Shown here: piece by piece, positions 1 through 14,146 of the stretch
How positions within the stretch are numbered: position 1 is the first letter of the stretch
Layout of the letters: the number at the start of each line of letters is the position of its first letter
Origin: Amoebidium appalachense
Lineage: Eukaryota > Protista > Ichthyosporea
Direction of reading: 5' to 3'
Assembly: GCA_963693365.1 (NCBI GenBank)
Contig: CAVNZM010000011.1
Coordinates: forward strand, 6,033,921-6,097,920
DNA: 64,000 bases
Notes under the pieces: generated by a model
Told to the model about the DNA's origin: nothing
Databases searched by the model: none
Seen by the model: the letters and a program-made list of their open reading frames with translations, nothing else
Program-made: the position numbers and the translations under genes

Positions 1-40
<40 letters not shown>

Positions 41-1642
41 TCACACTCCACAAACACACATCCTAAACACGGATACCTTGCTTTAGGACCCGGTACAACA
101 CATGGCACATCCACTCAGTTTTGGGTGGGTCCTCCCCCCCCCCCCCCCCCCCCCCCTCCCCTCCCCTTTTCCCCCCATCCCTCGGCCTCCCGTGCCAACA
201 ACCACCCAAACCCCCCCTTCCCCCCCCCTTTCTCCCCAGAAGGAGGGTCTCCCCCTCCCCCCCCTCCCCCCTCCCCCTCCCCCCTCGCCCCTCCCCCCTC
301 GTCCCTCCCCCCCCTCCCCCTGCCCCTCCCCGGGCACGTGCACATGCACACATTCCTGGCAGTGCACCTACGCACAAATTTAAAATGATTTAGCAAAGAA
401 GTAGTTGCCCCACTTATTGTGTGTTTGTCGGCTTTTGTGTACATGTGTCTCAGTTTGTGCGCACGTGTGTGTGTCGATGGACGTGCGTGCGCACGTGCGC
501 ATTTGCGCGCATGTGTGGGGATGCAAGGCAAGCGTGTGCATGCGTATGCCTGTTATATGATATGCTTTTGTGCCACGTGGCACATCGATGTGTGAACTGG
601 GTAAACCTATCTATACTGAAAGGCGATTGCATGCCTGCAGTGTTTAATAGTTTTGTGCGAAGAATTTCTTTTTTTTTAAGGAAAAAACAAAATGTTTATA
701 ACGTAGGGCATCAGACTGCAAAAAAATCTCCAGGTCTTGCAAACCTGCAAAGAAACCAAGTCTAAGGTTTGACAACGAGTACATATGGAAATCTAGATGT
801 AGGACATTGCAAGACCCCCACACAAACTTAAACACAAAAACCACAAGCTTAGAGCCCCAACCGTAAGAAAAAACGTGCCACAAGACCCAGCACAAAAAAA
901 AACCCCCACCCACACTTTCCTGGCCGCGGTGTGTCCCAAATGCAGACACACACACCGGAAAGTAGAGTGCAACCCACCACATCCATATTGAAGAATAGCA
1001 GCCACCACCACACTATACAACATGGGGTATCCGTTGTATACCACACACACCCCACCACCCCCAACCCCACAGCCCCATCACACCACTTTAGACCCCCCTC
1101 GCCCGACAGGGGAAAAATCAGAACCGGACCCCCCTAGGGTTTGAAATCTTAGAAAATTAGCACAAGCCCCTCCCCCTCCCCCCCTCCCCCTCCTCCCCCT
1201 CCCTCTCCCTTTACCTTAGACTAAGTCTGTTTGTAAATCGTTTAGTCCCATCGTTCTTCCATGTACATGTTTGTTTGACGTGTTCAGTATAGAAAGTAGA
1301 TATATTGTTCCTGGGGCCGGTACAAACCAAAACTGCGGTGCTGAATATAACCGGAATAAAAAGAAAAAGAAAAAGAAAAAGAAACCTGAAAACAACGTTA
1401 ACCTGATTAGGCCTTCCTGTTAAGCTTGACACCCACTGGCGTGAAACTAGACAACCGTGCTCTCTCGGCTCGAGCTCACTTCCCACATGTATGAAGCGGC
1501 ATGTGCTTGTTCGTAACCACCAACGTGGTCATAGCAGCTTTACAATACCCAATATATTGATTATAACTATGTAACGTCAAGTTAATCGCGGCCTTGCAGC
1601 TTCCACGGCCGTGTCTGCATGTGCCTGGTGTCACAGCAGCCT

Positions 1643-1700
<58 letters not shown>

Positions 1701-1977
1701 ACACACACGTGAACACGTACAAAGGCACGGCGCGTGCACGTCCTCTACGAAAAAAAAAAAAAGGAAGAAGAAGAAAAATGAAAAAGAAAAGAAAAGAAGG
1801 GGGGGGGGGGGGGGAGGGGGGAAGAAGTATGTGTATTATCCCCCCCCCCCCCCCCCCCCCCTCCCCCCCCCCTCCCTCCCTCCCTTAGATCTTTCTTTTC
1901 TTTCTTTCTTTTTTTTTCCCCCCGAAGTTCATTTTTTTTGTGGTGGCCAGTGGTGTATACGCGCACGCACGTGTGTT

Positions 1978-2029
<52 letters not shown>

Positions 2030-2917
2030 GGGGGGAGGGGGGGGGAGGGAGGGGTAGTTATCCTCCTCCTCCCCCCCCCCCCTCCCGCCCTTCACCCCCC
2101 TCATTCCTTTCCTCAAGTTCTTCTTCCTTTTTTCTTGTGGTGGTAATGTCCAGGCGTATGCGCACACGCCGTGTGTCGGGGCCGGGGGGAGAGGGGGGAA
2201 GGGTCATATGCGCTGTTTATGGTCATCGGCGTGCATGCGCATATGTGAGCCTGATGAAGTGGTGGCAACACTGAGGCCAAGGTACAGCCTGTTCCACCCA
2301 ACAAGGTTCATCTCTCGATATCGACATCATAAGACATTCTGCTGGCATCACATATATGGATGTTTAGTGTTTTGTCTTTCTTTTTTTTTTTTTTTTGCGG
2401 GGCCCCACGGGCGCGCAGGGAAGGGGGGGGGGGGGGGGGGGGGGATGATGGGCAACCCACATTATAATAGTGTTTGAAAAAGATCCCGAGTGTCAAGTTT
2501 TCCGAAGGAGTTCGAAAAGCGAGAGACAACGGTTCTCGGAAACACAGTTGATTGCATTGTCAAAGGGGATGGCAGAGTGCCACTAGTGGAACAGAAAGGC
2601 ATATCATGATGCATATTCCAGGATTAGCAACATGCAACATAAGAGCATATTCTTAACTTTTTGTAGTTTTTTATAAAGACTTTTTTTGTGCGCCAAAACT
2701 TCCCACCCAAATCTCTATATTTGGCTAATCGGTGCAATTGCGCGCGAACTATTGGTCCATACAATATTTTTTTGAGATTGCCGTGTTTCTACTTCTTTGT
2801 GGTTTTGCATGTTCTAAAGTTAGCAACGCACAATAAGAGCATATGCATGACTCCACTCCCATGGCTCCCAGTGAAGTGCAAATATTATGACATTTCTTTG
2901 TGTGTGCGAGGGAGGAG

Positions 2918-2954
<37 letters not shown>

Positions 2955-3267
2955 TGGGGAGGGGGGTATGAATGGCTTAGGAGGTTAGGAGGGGGATCAT
3001 TGCGCTTTATTGGCTGCCACCTCCGTCCAATCCCGTGTCACGACATGGGCCTATGGATATGTACATACACATATAGACTTGACACACCCCTATATGTTTC
3101 AATGGTCATCTACGATCATGGTTCTTCGTCCAAAAAATGAACCGAGCATTGCAAAAGGGAAAAATTATCTATATCAAACACAAGGAGGCTAAAAGAGGGG
3201 GTGGGGTGGGGGTGGGGTTGGGGTGGGGTGGGTGGGTGGGTGGGTTGGGGGGGGGGGGGGGGGGGGG

Positions 3268-3886
3268 GGTTACATGGGACAATAATAACAAAACATTTAC
3301 ACAGGAGACATTTGGTTGTGAAGACACAGAAGTACAGAAGAGAAGGGGATCATCAATGATTATCCACACAAAGCATAAATACGGTACTGGGGGGGGGGGG
3401 GGGGGGGAGGGGGGTAGGTAGGTTGGTTGGTTGGTTGGTTACGAGCGACAACAGTTTAGTCTATTTGAATGGATGAATTCCAGAAAACATCTGGTTGTGA
3501 AGATACATAAAGGAACAGCAGGGAAGAAAAGCCCTTGTCCGAATTTAAACACAGCATGAATAGGTTACTGAGGGGGGATGGGTGGGTAGGCTGGTGGGTG
3601 GCCGGGTGGATGGGGTGGGGTGGGTTGGGGGAGGGGGGGGGGGGGGGGGGGGGGGGGACTCGGGGTGAAGGGGGGGGGGGGGGGGGGGGGGAGGGGGGGG
3701 GGGGGGGAGTGGGGGTTACATGCGACAACCATAACTAATATTCTCCTTAGACGAACACTTGCACAGGAAACATAAGGCTGACGATACACAGGAAGTACAT
3801 AAGGAAAGAAAGGCTTTTACCCAAGCACAGCATAAATACGGTATTGATGTGGGGTGGGTTGGTGGGTGGATTTTTTTTTTTTTTTT

Positions 3887-3919
<33 letters not shown>

Positions 3920-4035
3920 CACATGCGACAATAACTATTTGAATGATTGATTAACACAGGCATTGGTTTCGACGATGCATAGAGGCACAGAAGGGGGAAG
4001 AAGTTCATACCCAAGCTCAACATAAATACGGTACT
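3268..4035. repeat. Four diverged ~120-bp units separated by G-rich runs
   Basis: Units at about 3268-3388, 3438-3570, 3714-3845 and 3918-4035 share variants of 'ttacatg(g/c)gacaa', 'acagga(a/g)acat', 'ga(a/c)gatac' and 'gcataaatacggta'. Confidence 0.75.
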
Positions 4036-4479
4036 CACTCATGTTAGGCGGATGTGTGTGTGGGTCATATGTGTGTGTGTGTGTGTGTGTGTGTGAGGAA
4101 GGGGGGGGACTGTACCTTGCAACGGCAGATCAGCGGCGGGAACACAAGGCGATCAAGAGTAAACGCCAGCAGAAAAATGAGTGAATTTGTATAGAAAGTC
4201 TTTGTAAACGATGTCGGAAAGTGAAAGCTTTTGGTGTCACTGAGAAGAAATGCAAACGCCCTTACCCAACCACAGCAAACAGTTACGTAAAATAACGGGG
4301 GACGGATTGAGCGGTGAACCCCAAACACTGCGGCCCAAGGCCTTAAACTTTGCTTTTGACGAGACTGTGGGCTAGGTTGGGTTTGGGCGCAAGATTTGAG
4401 TGATTGGTAGATGCACACTTGGCTACATCCAACGGTCTCTCAAAATCAACCCAGCTGACCACTACTTAGCGGCTCTTCT

Positions 4480-5610
4480 TGCCGTGTCCTGCTGCCTGTG
4501 CGGCAGCAAGGCAAGACCAGAAAGGTCACATGGGTGGCCATTTCTTGCCGTGACCTGCTGCTGGGCAGCAAGGCAAGACCAGAAAGGCACATGGGTGGCC
4601 ATTTCTTGCCGTGACCTGCTGCCTGTCCGGCAGGGGACAGGCAGCAAGGCAAGACCAGAAAGGCACATTTCTTGCCGTGACCTGCTGCCTGTCCGGCAGC
4701 AAGGCAAGACCAGAAAGGCACATGGGTGGCCATTTCTTGCCGTGACCTGCTGCCTGTCCGGCAGCAAGGCAAGACCAGAAAGGCACATGGGTGGCCATTT
4801 CTTGCCGTGACCTGCTGCCTGTCCCCTGCCGGACAGGCAGCAAGGCAAGACCAGAAAGGCACATTTCTTGCCGTGACCTGCTGCCTGTCCGGCAGCAAGG
4901 CAAGACCAGAAAGGCACATGGGTGGCCATTTCTTGCCGTGACCTGCTGCCTGTCCGGCAGCAAGGCAAGACCAGAAAGGCACATGGGTGGCCATTTCTTG
5001 CCGTGACCTGCTGCCGGACAGGCAGCAAGGCAAGACCAGAAAGGCACATGGGTGGCCATTTTTGCCGTGACCTGCTGCCGGAAAGGGCAGCAGGCAAGAC
5101 CAGAAAGGCACATGGGTGGCCATTTCTTGCCGTGACCTGCTGCAAGGCAAGACCAGAAAGGCACATGGGTGGCCATTTCTTGCCGTGACCTGCTGGCAGC
5201 AAGGCAAGACCATAAGGCACGTGGGTGGCCATTTCTTGCCGTGACCTGCTGCCTGTCCGGCAGCAAGGCAAGACCAGAAAGGCACACGGGTGGCCATTTC
5301 TTGCCGTGACCTGCTGGGACAGGCAGCAAGGAAAGACCAGAATGGCACACGGATGGCCATTTCTTGCCGTGACCTGGGCAGCAAGGCAAGACCAGAAAGG
5401 CACATGGGTGGCCATTTCTTGCCGTCACCTGCTGCCTGTCCGGCAGCAAGGCAAGACCAGAAAGGCACACGGGTGGCCATTTCTTGCCTGTCCGGCAGCA
5501 AGGCAAGACCAGAAAGGCACATGGGTGGCCATTTCTTGCCGTGATGTCCGGCAGCAAGGCAAGACCAGAAAGGCACATGGGTGGCCATTTCTTGCCGTGA
5601 CCTGCTGCAA
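4480..5610. repeat. 65-bp GC-rich minisatellite, about 18 units
   Basis: Consensus ggcagcaaggcaagaccagaaaggcacatgggtggccatttcttgccgtgacctgctgcctgtcc repeated head-to-tail with modular deletions and insertions. Confidence 0.95.
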
Positions 5611-6636
5611 GGAACTAAATTGAGGTGGCTCGCTCTCGAGCTCTGCAGCTGACAGCTGAGTCTCAGAGTCTCAGACAAAAGTCGCCTCGCACCTGATTGG
5701 ACAAAGTGCGTTTTGATGACGTAAACCTGAGTCAAGGGAGAACGACTAAATCTAAGACAGCCTTTGTTTGTACACTGAATAGTCGATTGCAGCGCAGGGC
5801 CGTTTTGACGTTTTCGAAAGTACTAGTGTACATACAATAATGGTCATATAGTATGACTGAGTTTGTTTTTGAAAGCCCCCCACCCCAGCCGCCACGCACA
5901 CCGTCCTTTCACGTATCACACACATTATATATTATACGTAAGAGGGGCACAATCACACGCATGAGTATATGCATGCGCGCAAAGAACACATGGCATGTTC
6001 CTCCACACACAAACTCGTTCAATTGAAAAAGAAGTTCTTTATACATAAAAAAAAAAAAAGCCGGAATATAAAACAATAAAAAAAGTAGGAATATGATGGT
6101 AACTTGAGTCAAGTTGACAAAGTACACAAGCACCCAACAAATGGTTAGGTTTTTCACGGTCTGCGCACGTACACTTGCTTGTCACACGTTTGATTCATTT
6201 GGTCCTTATGTACAAGGATAATATTGCTCTTATATCACAATACAGCTCTGCAAAAAACGAACACAAAGGTAGTCAATTTCTTTCTTTTTTTGGGGGGGGC
6301 TCAATTTATGCTTCTTGCAAGAGGTTGAGCAAGAACTTAGCACACACCAAAGATTAACACAGGTTTACATAAGAACAATAACTCATTAAACGACAGATGT
6401 TTCACAAAAAAAAAAGAAAAAAAAGTTCATTTTCGAAGTATACTGTTGTCCTGACTAAAGGCAGAGCTCTTTACTTGCATACACTTAGATTCTGATCGTT
6501 ATGAACACCTACGAAGTCAAAATGCGACACACCGAAGGTCGGAGATCGACAACATTGCTTTAACAAAGGTACCTATGATGCACACACACTTTCGGGCAAC
6601 TGTTACAATGAAATAACATGTTTGTATTTTACTGTT

Positions 6637-6671
<35 letters not shown>

Positions 6672-6971
6672 CCCCCTAATCCCGGGAAAAAAAAAAGGAA
6701 GAGGAGGAAATCAAAAAGGAAAACCGAAGTCCAACAAAATAATCGAACAAATAGAAGCAGAAAAGTGCAAAACGGGACATGACAAAACAGCGAAAAGAGC
6801 TCCCGGTGTTACATCGAAGGAGACACCCCTAAACCCCCCCTCCCCTCCACTTCCCCCCAAACCCCTTTTCGCTCAACAAAGTCTCTACAAACACACACAC
6901 ACACACATACCCACAAACCTCCCATGCAATCCACCACAATCCTAAAAAACGGAATATTTTTTCTTTTCCCA

Positions 6972-7366
6972 CTACTGCTCATCCCCGCTTTCCTCCGATA
7001 CCGACTCGCTCTCCACCACCAACTCCGGTTCGTTCACCTCCTCCCCTTCCATCGCCGCCTCGCCCTCGACGACAACCCCAGTTGTTTCCGAAATTTCAAT
7101 CGCTCCAGATCGGCTCTGGAACCCCTTTGTACCATCAGGTCCGCGTGGTTGCCTAACTGGTCCGAACCGTGATTCGCTCTTTGCTTGCAGAACCGTGCGG
7201 GGTGCTGTTCTCCGTAGTCTGTGCATTTTGGAGGAATGGGGTTGGAAAACAGTAGACAGAATGTGGGGAGGGGGGGGGGGGGGGGGGGGGGGGCCAGGGG
7301 AGAGGGTGGGGGTCGCGGAGCGGATTTTGGAGGAATGGGGTTGGAAAACAGTAGACAGAATGTGGG

Positions 7367-7405
<39 letters not shown>

Positions 7406-7841
7406 AGGGGAGAGGGTGGGGGTCGCGGAGCGGAAGAAGGGAGAATTCAAGGTGGGGGGTGGGGGGGTGAGGTGTGGGGTAGAATGCAAAGGCGTTACCG
7501 AATAGAAAGTACACAATCACGACGGACCACATGATGAAGTCAAGGTACACAATAAGAGTAACATCATAAGCAGACCTCATCCCCAGGGTGGGCGGGTGGG
7601 TGGGTGGGTGGTGGGTGGAGGGGGGAAGGGGGGAAGGGGGGCAGGGTATGTGTGATTGCATTCGTAGAAAAAAATGGAGGGAAAGCTGTTCAGGCACAAA
7701 ACAGGAACAAGAATAATTGTGCCGACAAAGACACTCGAACAGAGCCCATCGTTACGGGGGGTCCCAAAAATCTACCAGCACCGAACAACGATGTTCGACC
7801 TTTCGACCTCTCACCGGCAATGTGTATGTGTGTGTTTGTGT

Positions 7842-7898
<57 letters not shown>

Positions 7899-8001
7899 CG
7901 GATGAGTTTCGCTTGTGTGAGAACGAAGGGGGCCATGAAGGACTAATCAATAGGTACAGGTGCGCACACACACAAACACAGACCCACACACCCACTCGCA
8001 T

Positions 8002-8047
<46 letters not shown>

Positions 8048-8275
8048 ACACACACACAAAAACAACATACATACCAACCCACACACTCACACACACACAC
8101 CCACCCACCCACCCACCCACCCACCCACACCTGCAAGCGTTCTTCTCTCCCGTCAGGTTGTTTGTCAGCAGCACAAACTCAACGTCATCCCCCGTGCTTA
8201 CACCCTGCCCCCCCTGCACTGCTGAAAGGTAAAACACCGCGCTCTGTGGAGAAGGGCCCGGGGTTGGGGTGGGGT

Positions 8276-8322
<47 letters not shown>

Positions 8323-8723
8323 GGGTTAGAATGTGCTTGGGGGTGCTAAGTGCACATTTATGCGAACAAAACAATGCATATGACACACAAAAAGAGTGCA
8401 CATCATAAGCAAAGCCCATTTTCATTTGGGCGGGGACCCGGGGGGGAGGGGGTGATGTATGCATTAGAGGGTTGGAAATATGGAGGAGACAACAAAGAGC
8501 AACAACAAAAAATCACAAAAGTGGGAAATCCAAAATCAAACGATTTAAGCGTGCAGGCAGAAGACACTTGAACAGAGCCCATCATCAGGGGGGTTCCTAT
8601 GCCGGGGAGGGGGGGGGGGGGGGGAGGGGGGGGGGGGGGGGGGAGGGGGTCTTGCAGAGTGTGTTACAGGGTGCTAGGTTCACATAGGGGAATTGAGGAA
8701 AAGGCGGGCAGGGAGGGGGGGGG

Positions 8724-8762
<39 letters not shown>

Positions 8763-9262
8763 CATAGAGGATCTTACCCGCGGAGCGGGGCAGGGGAGGA
8801 GGGGGCAGGCTAATTTTGGGCGGTACACAGAGAAGGTCGAAGAAGCTTGATTTCAACAAAAACATCAAGCAGGGAGGAAGGCAGGGGGGAGGGGGGGATT
8901 GCTAAACAGACTTTGTGTTGTGTGTGTGCCTGCGCAAGTATCGGGGCGGGGGGGGGTCTACATACAGGCATATCTGGGATGGCAGGAGACACGATCTTAA
9001 CGGAACCCTTCTGTCCGTCCACCGACTCGACCTTCCCCCTGTGTTTGGGTGCCTCCCCTGCGGGGGTGTCGTAGAGGATACGTACGTCCGTGGCACGCTT
9101 CTTCTTGCCTCCCTGCACATATATACATGCATTAGTTAGTGTCGGTAACTATCCCTGTTTGCTGGCTTGGTTTGCGGTGCACACTAAGCAGCACACAAAC
9201 ATCAACCCACCCACCTATGTGTCAACATGCATGCCTGAAATCACCCTGGTTCCATCCCCCCC

Positions 9263-9315
<53 letters not shown>

Positions 9316-9752
9316 CAAACAAGCAACCAGCACCAGCCACCACCACAACAGCAATGAACCCAAAAAAACCTCCCTCTCAAAAGCCACTCCACATACACAC
9401 GAGTTCAAGCAGTTTACTGGAAACCTCCCCCCCCCCCCCCCCCCCCCCCCACCACCACCACCCCAAAGATCCTTCCTCTCCCTCCCCCACCCCACCCCAC
9501 CTATCCTCCTTACCCCCCCCCCCCCCCCCCCCCCCCCCCCCTTCCACACACACAACCTTTTTCAATCCCCCACCTCCCCTCACCTTTGGCCCCACGAGTC
9601 TAAACGACACAACATCACCCGCCTTGAGTGGTCGTGCACTGCAAACCAAACAAAAACAAAACAAAACAAAAAACGCCCAGCCTGCATCAACACATTCATG
9701 CTTTTTACGGAGACAAACACACACACACCCACACCCATACATGAACACGCAA

Positions 9753-9814
<62 letters not shown>

Positions 9815-9834
9815 CCCTCCCCCCTTCCCCACCA

Positions 9835-9869
<35 letters not shown>

Positions 9870-10454
9870 TCCCTCGAAATCCCCACCTCTCCTCATCTTT
9901 GGTCCCACAAGCCTGAACGACACCACACCACCGGCCTTGAGTTGTCGTGCAGTGAAAGGAATAACTCAAAAAAAAAAAAAAAAAAGAAAGAAAAAAAAGA
10001 AAGAAAAAGCACCCAACCTCCAAACACATTTATGCTTTTTCGGAGACAAACACGTAGCTACATCCACACCACGCAACCCCCCCTCCCCCCCTCCCCCCCT
10101 CCCCCCCCCTTCCCCCCCTCTCCCCCCCTTCCCCCCCCCCCCCAAAAAAAAAAAAAAAAAAAAAAAAAGGGAAAAAGAAAGAGAGAAAAATAATGAACAT
10201 CTCACCTTTGGCCCCACGAGCCCAAACGACACCACATCCCCCGCCTTGAGTGGTCTTGCACTGCAATCCACTGCCGATATGCCGTACGTGTGGCTGTGGA
10301 TCTGACTGTCCGCCTCATAGCGCACTGACCCACCGCACCTGTCCGGAGATACGGTGTAGCTGCGCTCGACCGTGCCTACGTATACTTCCTCGGATTTCTC
10401 CTCCTGTATGTGTACGTGTACGTGTTTGTTTATGAGTGAGAGAGGTGTGGGTGT

Positions 10455-10506
<52 letters not shown>

Positions 10507-11046
10507 GAGAGAGGGAGGGGGGGGGGGGGGGGGGGGGGGGAGGGAGGGAGGGAGGGAGAGAGAGCAAGAAAGCGAGAGGGAGAGAAAGGGGGAGAGAGAG
10601 TGTGTGTGTGTGGGTGTGTGCGTAGACTTGTGTATTTGTGTTAAAGTGCATGAGGGAAAGAGAGAGAGTGTGTGTATTTTCGGGTGCCGGGGGGGGGGGG
10701 GAGGGGGGAGGGGGGGGGGGGGGGGGGGAGGGGTGAGGGGAGAGAGGAAGAAGGTTGTACTGTTTGGTTTGGCAAAGTGGAAACCGTGAATAAATCTCCT
10801 TTTGGGGAAAGCCGGAGTGGCCGGTGCCTGTGTGCCTGTGTGTGCGTCTGTGCATGTGTGCGTCCGCGCACGTGCGTGGGCGTGTACGCGTGTGCAAGCA
10901 CTCGCATGTACCTTGGTTTGGGCGTGTATTCCTCAGCACGAGGTTGGGTGTGCATGCTGTTGTAAGTGCCTGTTTATGGTGTGCTTGCATGTGTCCATGT
11001 GTGTATCTGCACATCCGTGCAGACCTTTTTGCGTGTTTGGGTTGGT

Positions 11047-11099
<53 letters not shown>

Positions 11100-11297
11100 G
11101 TGCTCATGGGTGCATTCCCAGCAAAGCATTCACGTCTGTACGCATACGGGTGGGTGTCTGTCCATGTGTGCGCGTGCTTGCATGCAGCAGTGAGCTTGAG
11201 CTCTCTTGCACCCCTTGAATGCGATGGTGTCCGTGCACATCTTGGTGTGTTTACGCATCAACGAAAGGGGAAAAAGAATACTTTGGTGTGTATGTAA

Positions 11298-11345
<48 letters not shown>

Positions 11346-11744
11346 AAAAAGAAAAGAAAACTGGGGACAAAATACATAAAGCCTTACGTTCGTGTGTGTG
11401 AAAGCATATGTCGGTGTGTGCGGGAAAGCCGATGTCAATGTGTGTGTGTGTGTGTGTGGTACCAAAGAAGGAAGGGGAAAAAAAAAAAAAAAAAAAAAAA
11501 AGGGACAGGCACGTACATCTCGGACGATGGTGCCATTTGGTACGACTCTGATTGAGACTGCTGCCGGCTTGTTTTGTTTGCGGGTCAGCTTGAACTCCAC
11601 CTCACAGCCCAGAGCCACACTGTCCGCACTGCAAATTGTGAAAAAGACGGGTGAGAGATAGAGATATACCAGAAGGCGGATACTTTCATGAAAATATGTT
11701 TTTTTTCTTTTTCTTTTTTCTTTTTTTTTTCTTTTTTTTTTTTT

Positions 11745-11788
<44 letters not shown>

Positions 11789-12100
11789 AAAGATGTGTGT
11801 GTGTGTGTGTGTGTGATTGGGCGGGCGGTTTGTGTGTGTGTGTGTGTGTGGGGGGGGGGGGTGTAGAATGTGTTATAAGGTATGAAGTAGACATACATAA
11901 AGAATGAAACAACGTATAAATCAGTATAATTCGGAGGCACAAACTCAGACACAAACACGCATACACACACCCAGCCGAGCCGGTGTGCCTGCCCACTCCC
12001 CCCTCCCCCCACCCCACCCCCACATTCAACCCCCCATCACCCCGCCCCCAAACCCTTCCCCTCCCCCAACACACACACCCACACACACACACACACACGC

Positions 12101-12170
<70 letters not shown>

Positions 12171-12722
12171 GCACGCACGTACACACCCCCACCCCCACCC
12201 CCACCCCCACCTTGCATCAGCAGCCATATCCCGCAGGCTGAAGGGCAGGGCATGCACGTGGCCCACCCTCTCGATAAAGCCCCCACCCTCCCTCAGCACA
12301 CACACGTAGCCGTGCTCTTTCTTCTCTGGTGCACGCTCTGGAAAAAACGGGAAACAGTCAGCAAAAAACGAAATGGGAAAAAAGACGGAATCTTGGAAAT
12401 ACGGGTAATCCGGGTTGTCTTGGAAAACAGGGCATTGTGAGCAAAAAAACGAAATAAGAAAAAGGCGGAATATTGGAAATTCGAACTGTCTTGCAGCGGG
12501 TTTAATAAGGAGCTTAGATAGCGGGGGAATATGAGAATATCCGTAGCATGCCATGAGAGACGAAGAAAGTACAAAGGGCAGACGGAGGCGGGGGAGGGCG
12601 CTTTATAGAATTGGTGCACAGTACGAAGAACGAAGACCATGCACACACATGGGGAAAACAAGAAAGAAAAGAGTCCATCCTCGTGGGTAAGATGATGTGA
12701 AACAGATTTGAAGATGGGTGAT

Positions 12723-12761
<39 letters not shown>

Positions 12762-12783
12762 TCTCTCTCTCTCTCTTTTTTTG

Positions 12784-12814
<31 letters not shown>

Positions 12815-13110
12815 GGGGGGGGGGACTTGATCAGAGACGAGCAGGGCTTTTTTTTGTTAGGGGGGGTTTGAATGCGGAACACAGACCGACGTACGCATAC
12901 ACGACGAGAAGCATGGTGCAGGACACATGCAAAGGCAAACATTCAAGTATGCAACATCAGCCATGCGCACAGTATGCGTCATAAGCAGAGCCCATCCTCA
13001 GGGAGGGCCCAAGTCATCAATTGCGTCTGAGTTTCGACCCCTTAGCCCGCGTATATACGACTCTCCAACTCAGACAGCAGCATCAACTGAACTTTTTTTT
13101 TGTTAGGGGG

Positions 13111-13145
<35 letters not shown>

Positions 13146-13539
13146 GGGTTTTACCGAACAGATCGACCTCAACAGCCCTTTCGGTTGTCAAAACTTTGTG
13201 TTTGGCAACAGAAAAGACAACCTTGTCTCCCTTGCCCAGTGCCTGTGTGTGTGTGTGTGTGTGTGTGCGCGAGCCAGTGCATGCGCGCATGCGACGTGTG
13301 CGTGTGCGTGTGCGTGTGCGCGTGCGCGCGAGTGTGTGGACGCGTACATGTGCATATGTGCGGCCGTGTGTGTGCCCGGCATGTGTGTGTTTCTTGCTAT
13401 GCATTTTGACCGCGCGCATGTGCGCATGAATGAGTGCATGCATGTGTGTGTGGGTAGGTGGAAGAGGCGGAAAAAGTGAGTGAACAGATCAACATGGTGT
13501 TTTTGTGTGCATGCATATCATCGTCCTACTGTGTGTGTG

Positions 13540-13570
<31 letters not shown>

Positions 13571-14115
13571 CTGTGTGTGCACAAACACATGTGCAGATTG
13601 TACATGTAACCTCTGCCGGGGGTTTGCTACGGCCAACAGATGTGCAATTGTTGTGCACACGAGTTGGCGTGTGTAAGCACGCTTACGGAGTGGAAGGGAA
13701 AAAAAGAGGGCTATAGTATGTGTTACACGGTAAACAGAAGAGCAAGTTCACAATGGGCAGCCTAACGTGCATGTCCAAAAGGAACACACGCACACGCACA
13801 CGCACACGCACACGCACACGCACACGCACACGCACACGCACACGCACACGCACACGCACACGCACCCGCACCCGCACACACACACACACAGTACGCAACA
13901 TTAGTAGAGCCTACCACAAAAAATTGAGGAAACGGCAGTTTAGAATGTGCTACAGAGCACAAGTACACAATGACGACGGACAACACAATGCAGACAATTT
14001 TTCAGACCACACACAGAACACACACAACACATGGAAGAAAATCATCCACACCAACGAAAAAGTGGGCAGGGAAACTCCCGGGGGGGAGGGGGGAGGGGGG
14101 GGGGGGGGGGGGGGG

Positions 14116-14146
<31 letters not shown>

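Noticed and set aside
3268-5610. CRISPR-like repeat/spacer appearance
   Set aside because: Eukaryotic context, no cas genes, no unique constant-length spacers.
4446-5735. Long overlapping ORFs (429, 350, 317 aa) across the minisatellite
   Set aside because: The 65-bp unit is not a multiple of three and lacks minus-strand stops, so all frames stay open by composition.
7225-7425. Duplicated ~100-bp segment at the last CSDE1 acceptor
   Set aside because: Simple local tandem duplication of intron sequence; no new exon evident.
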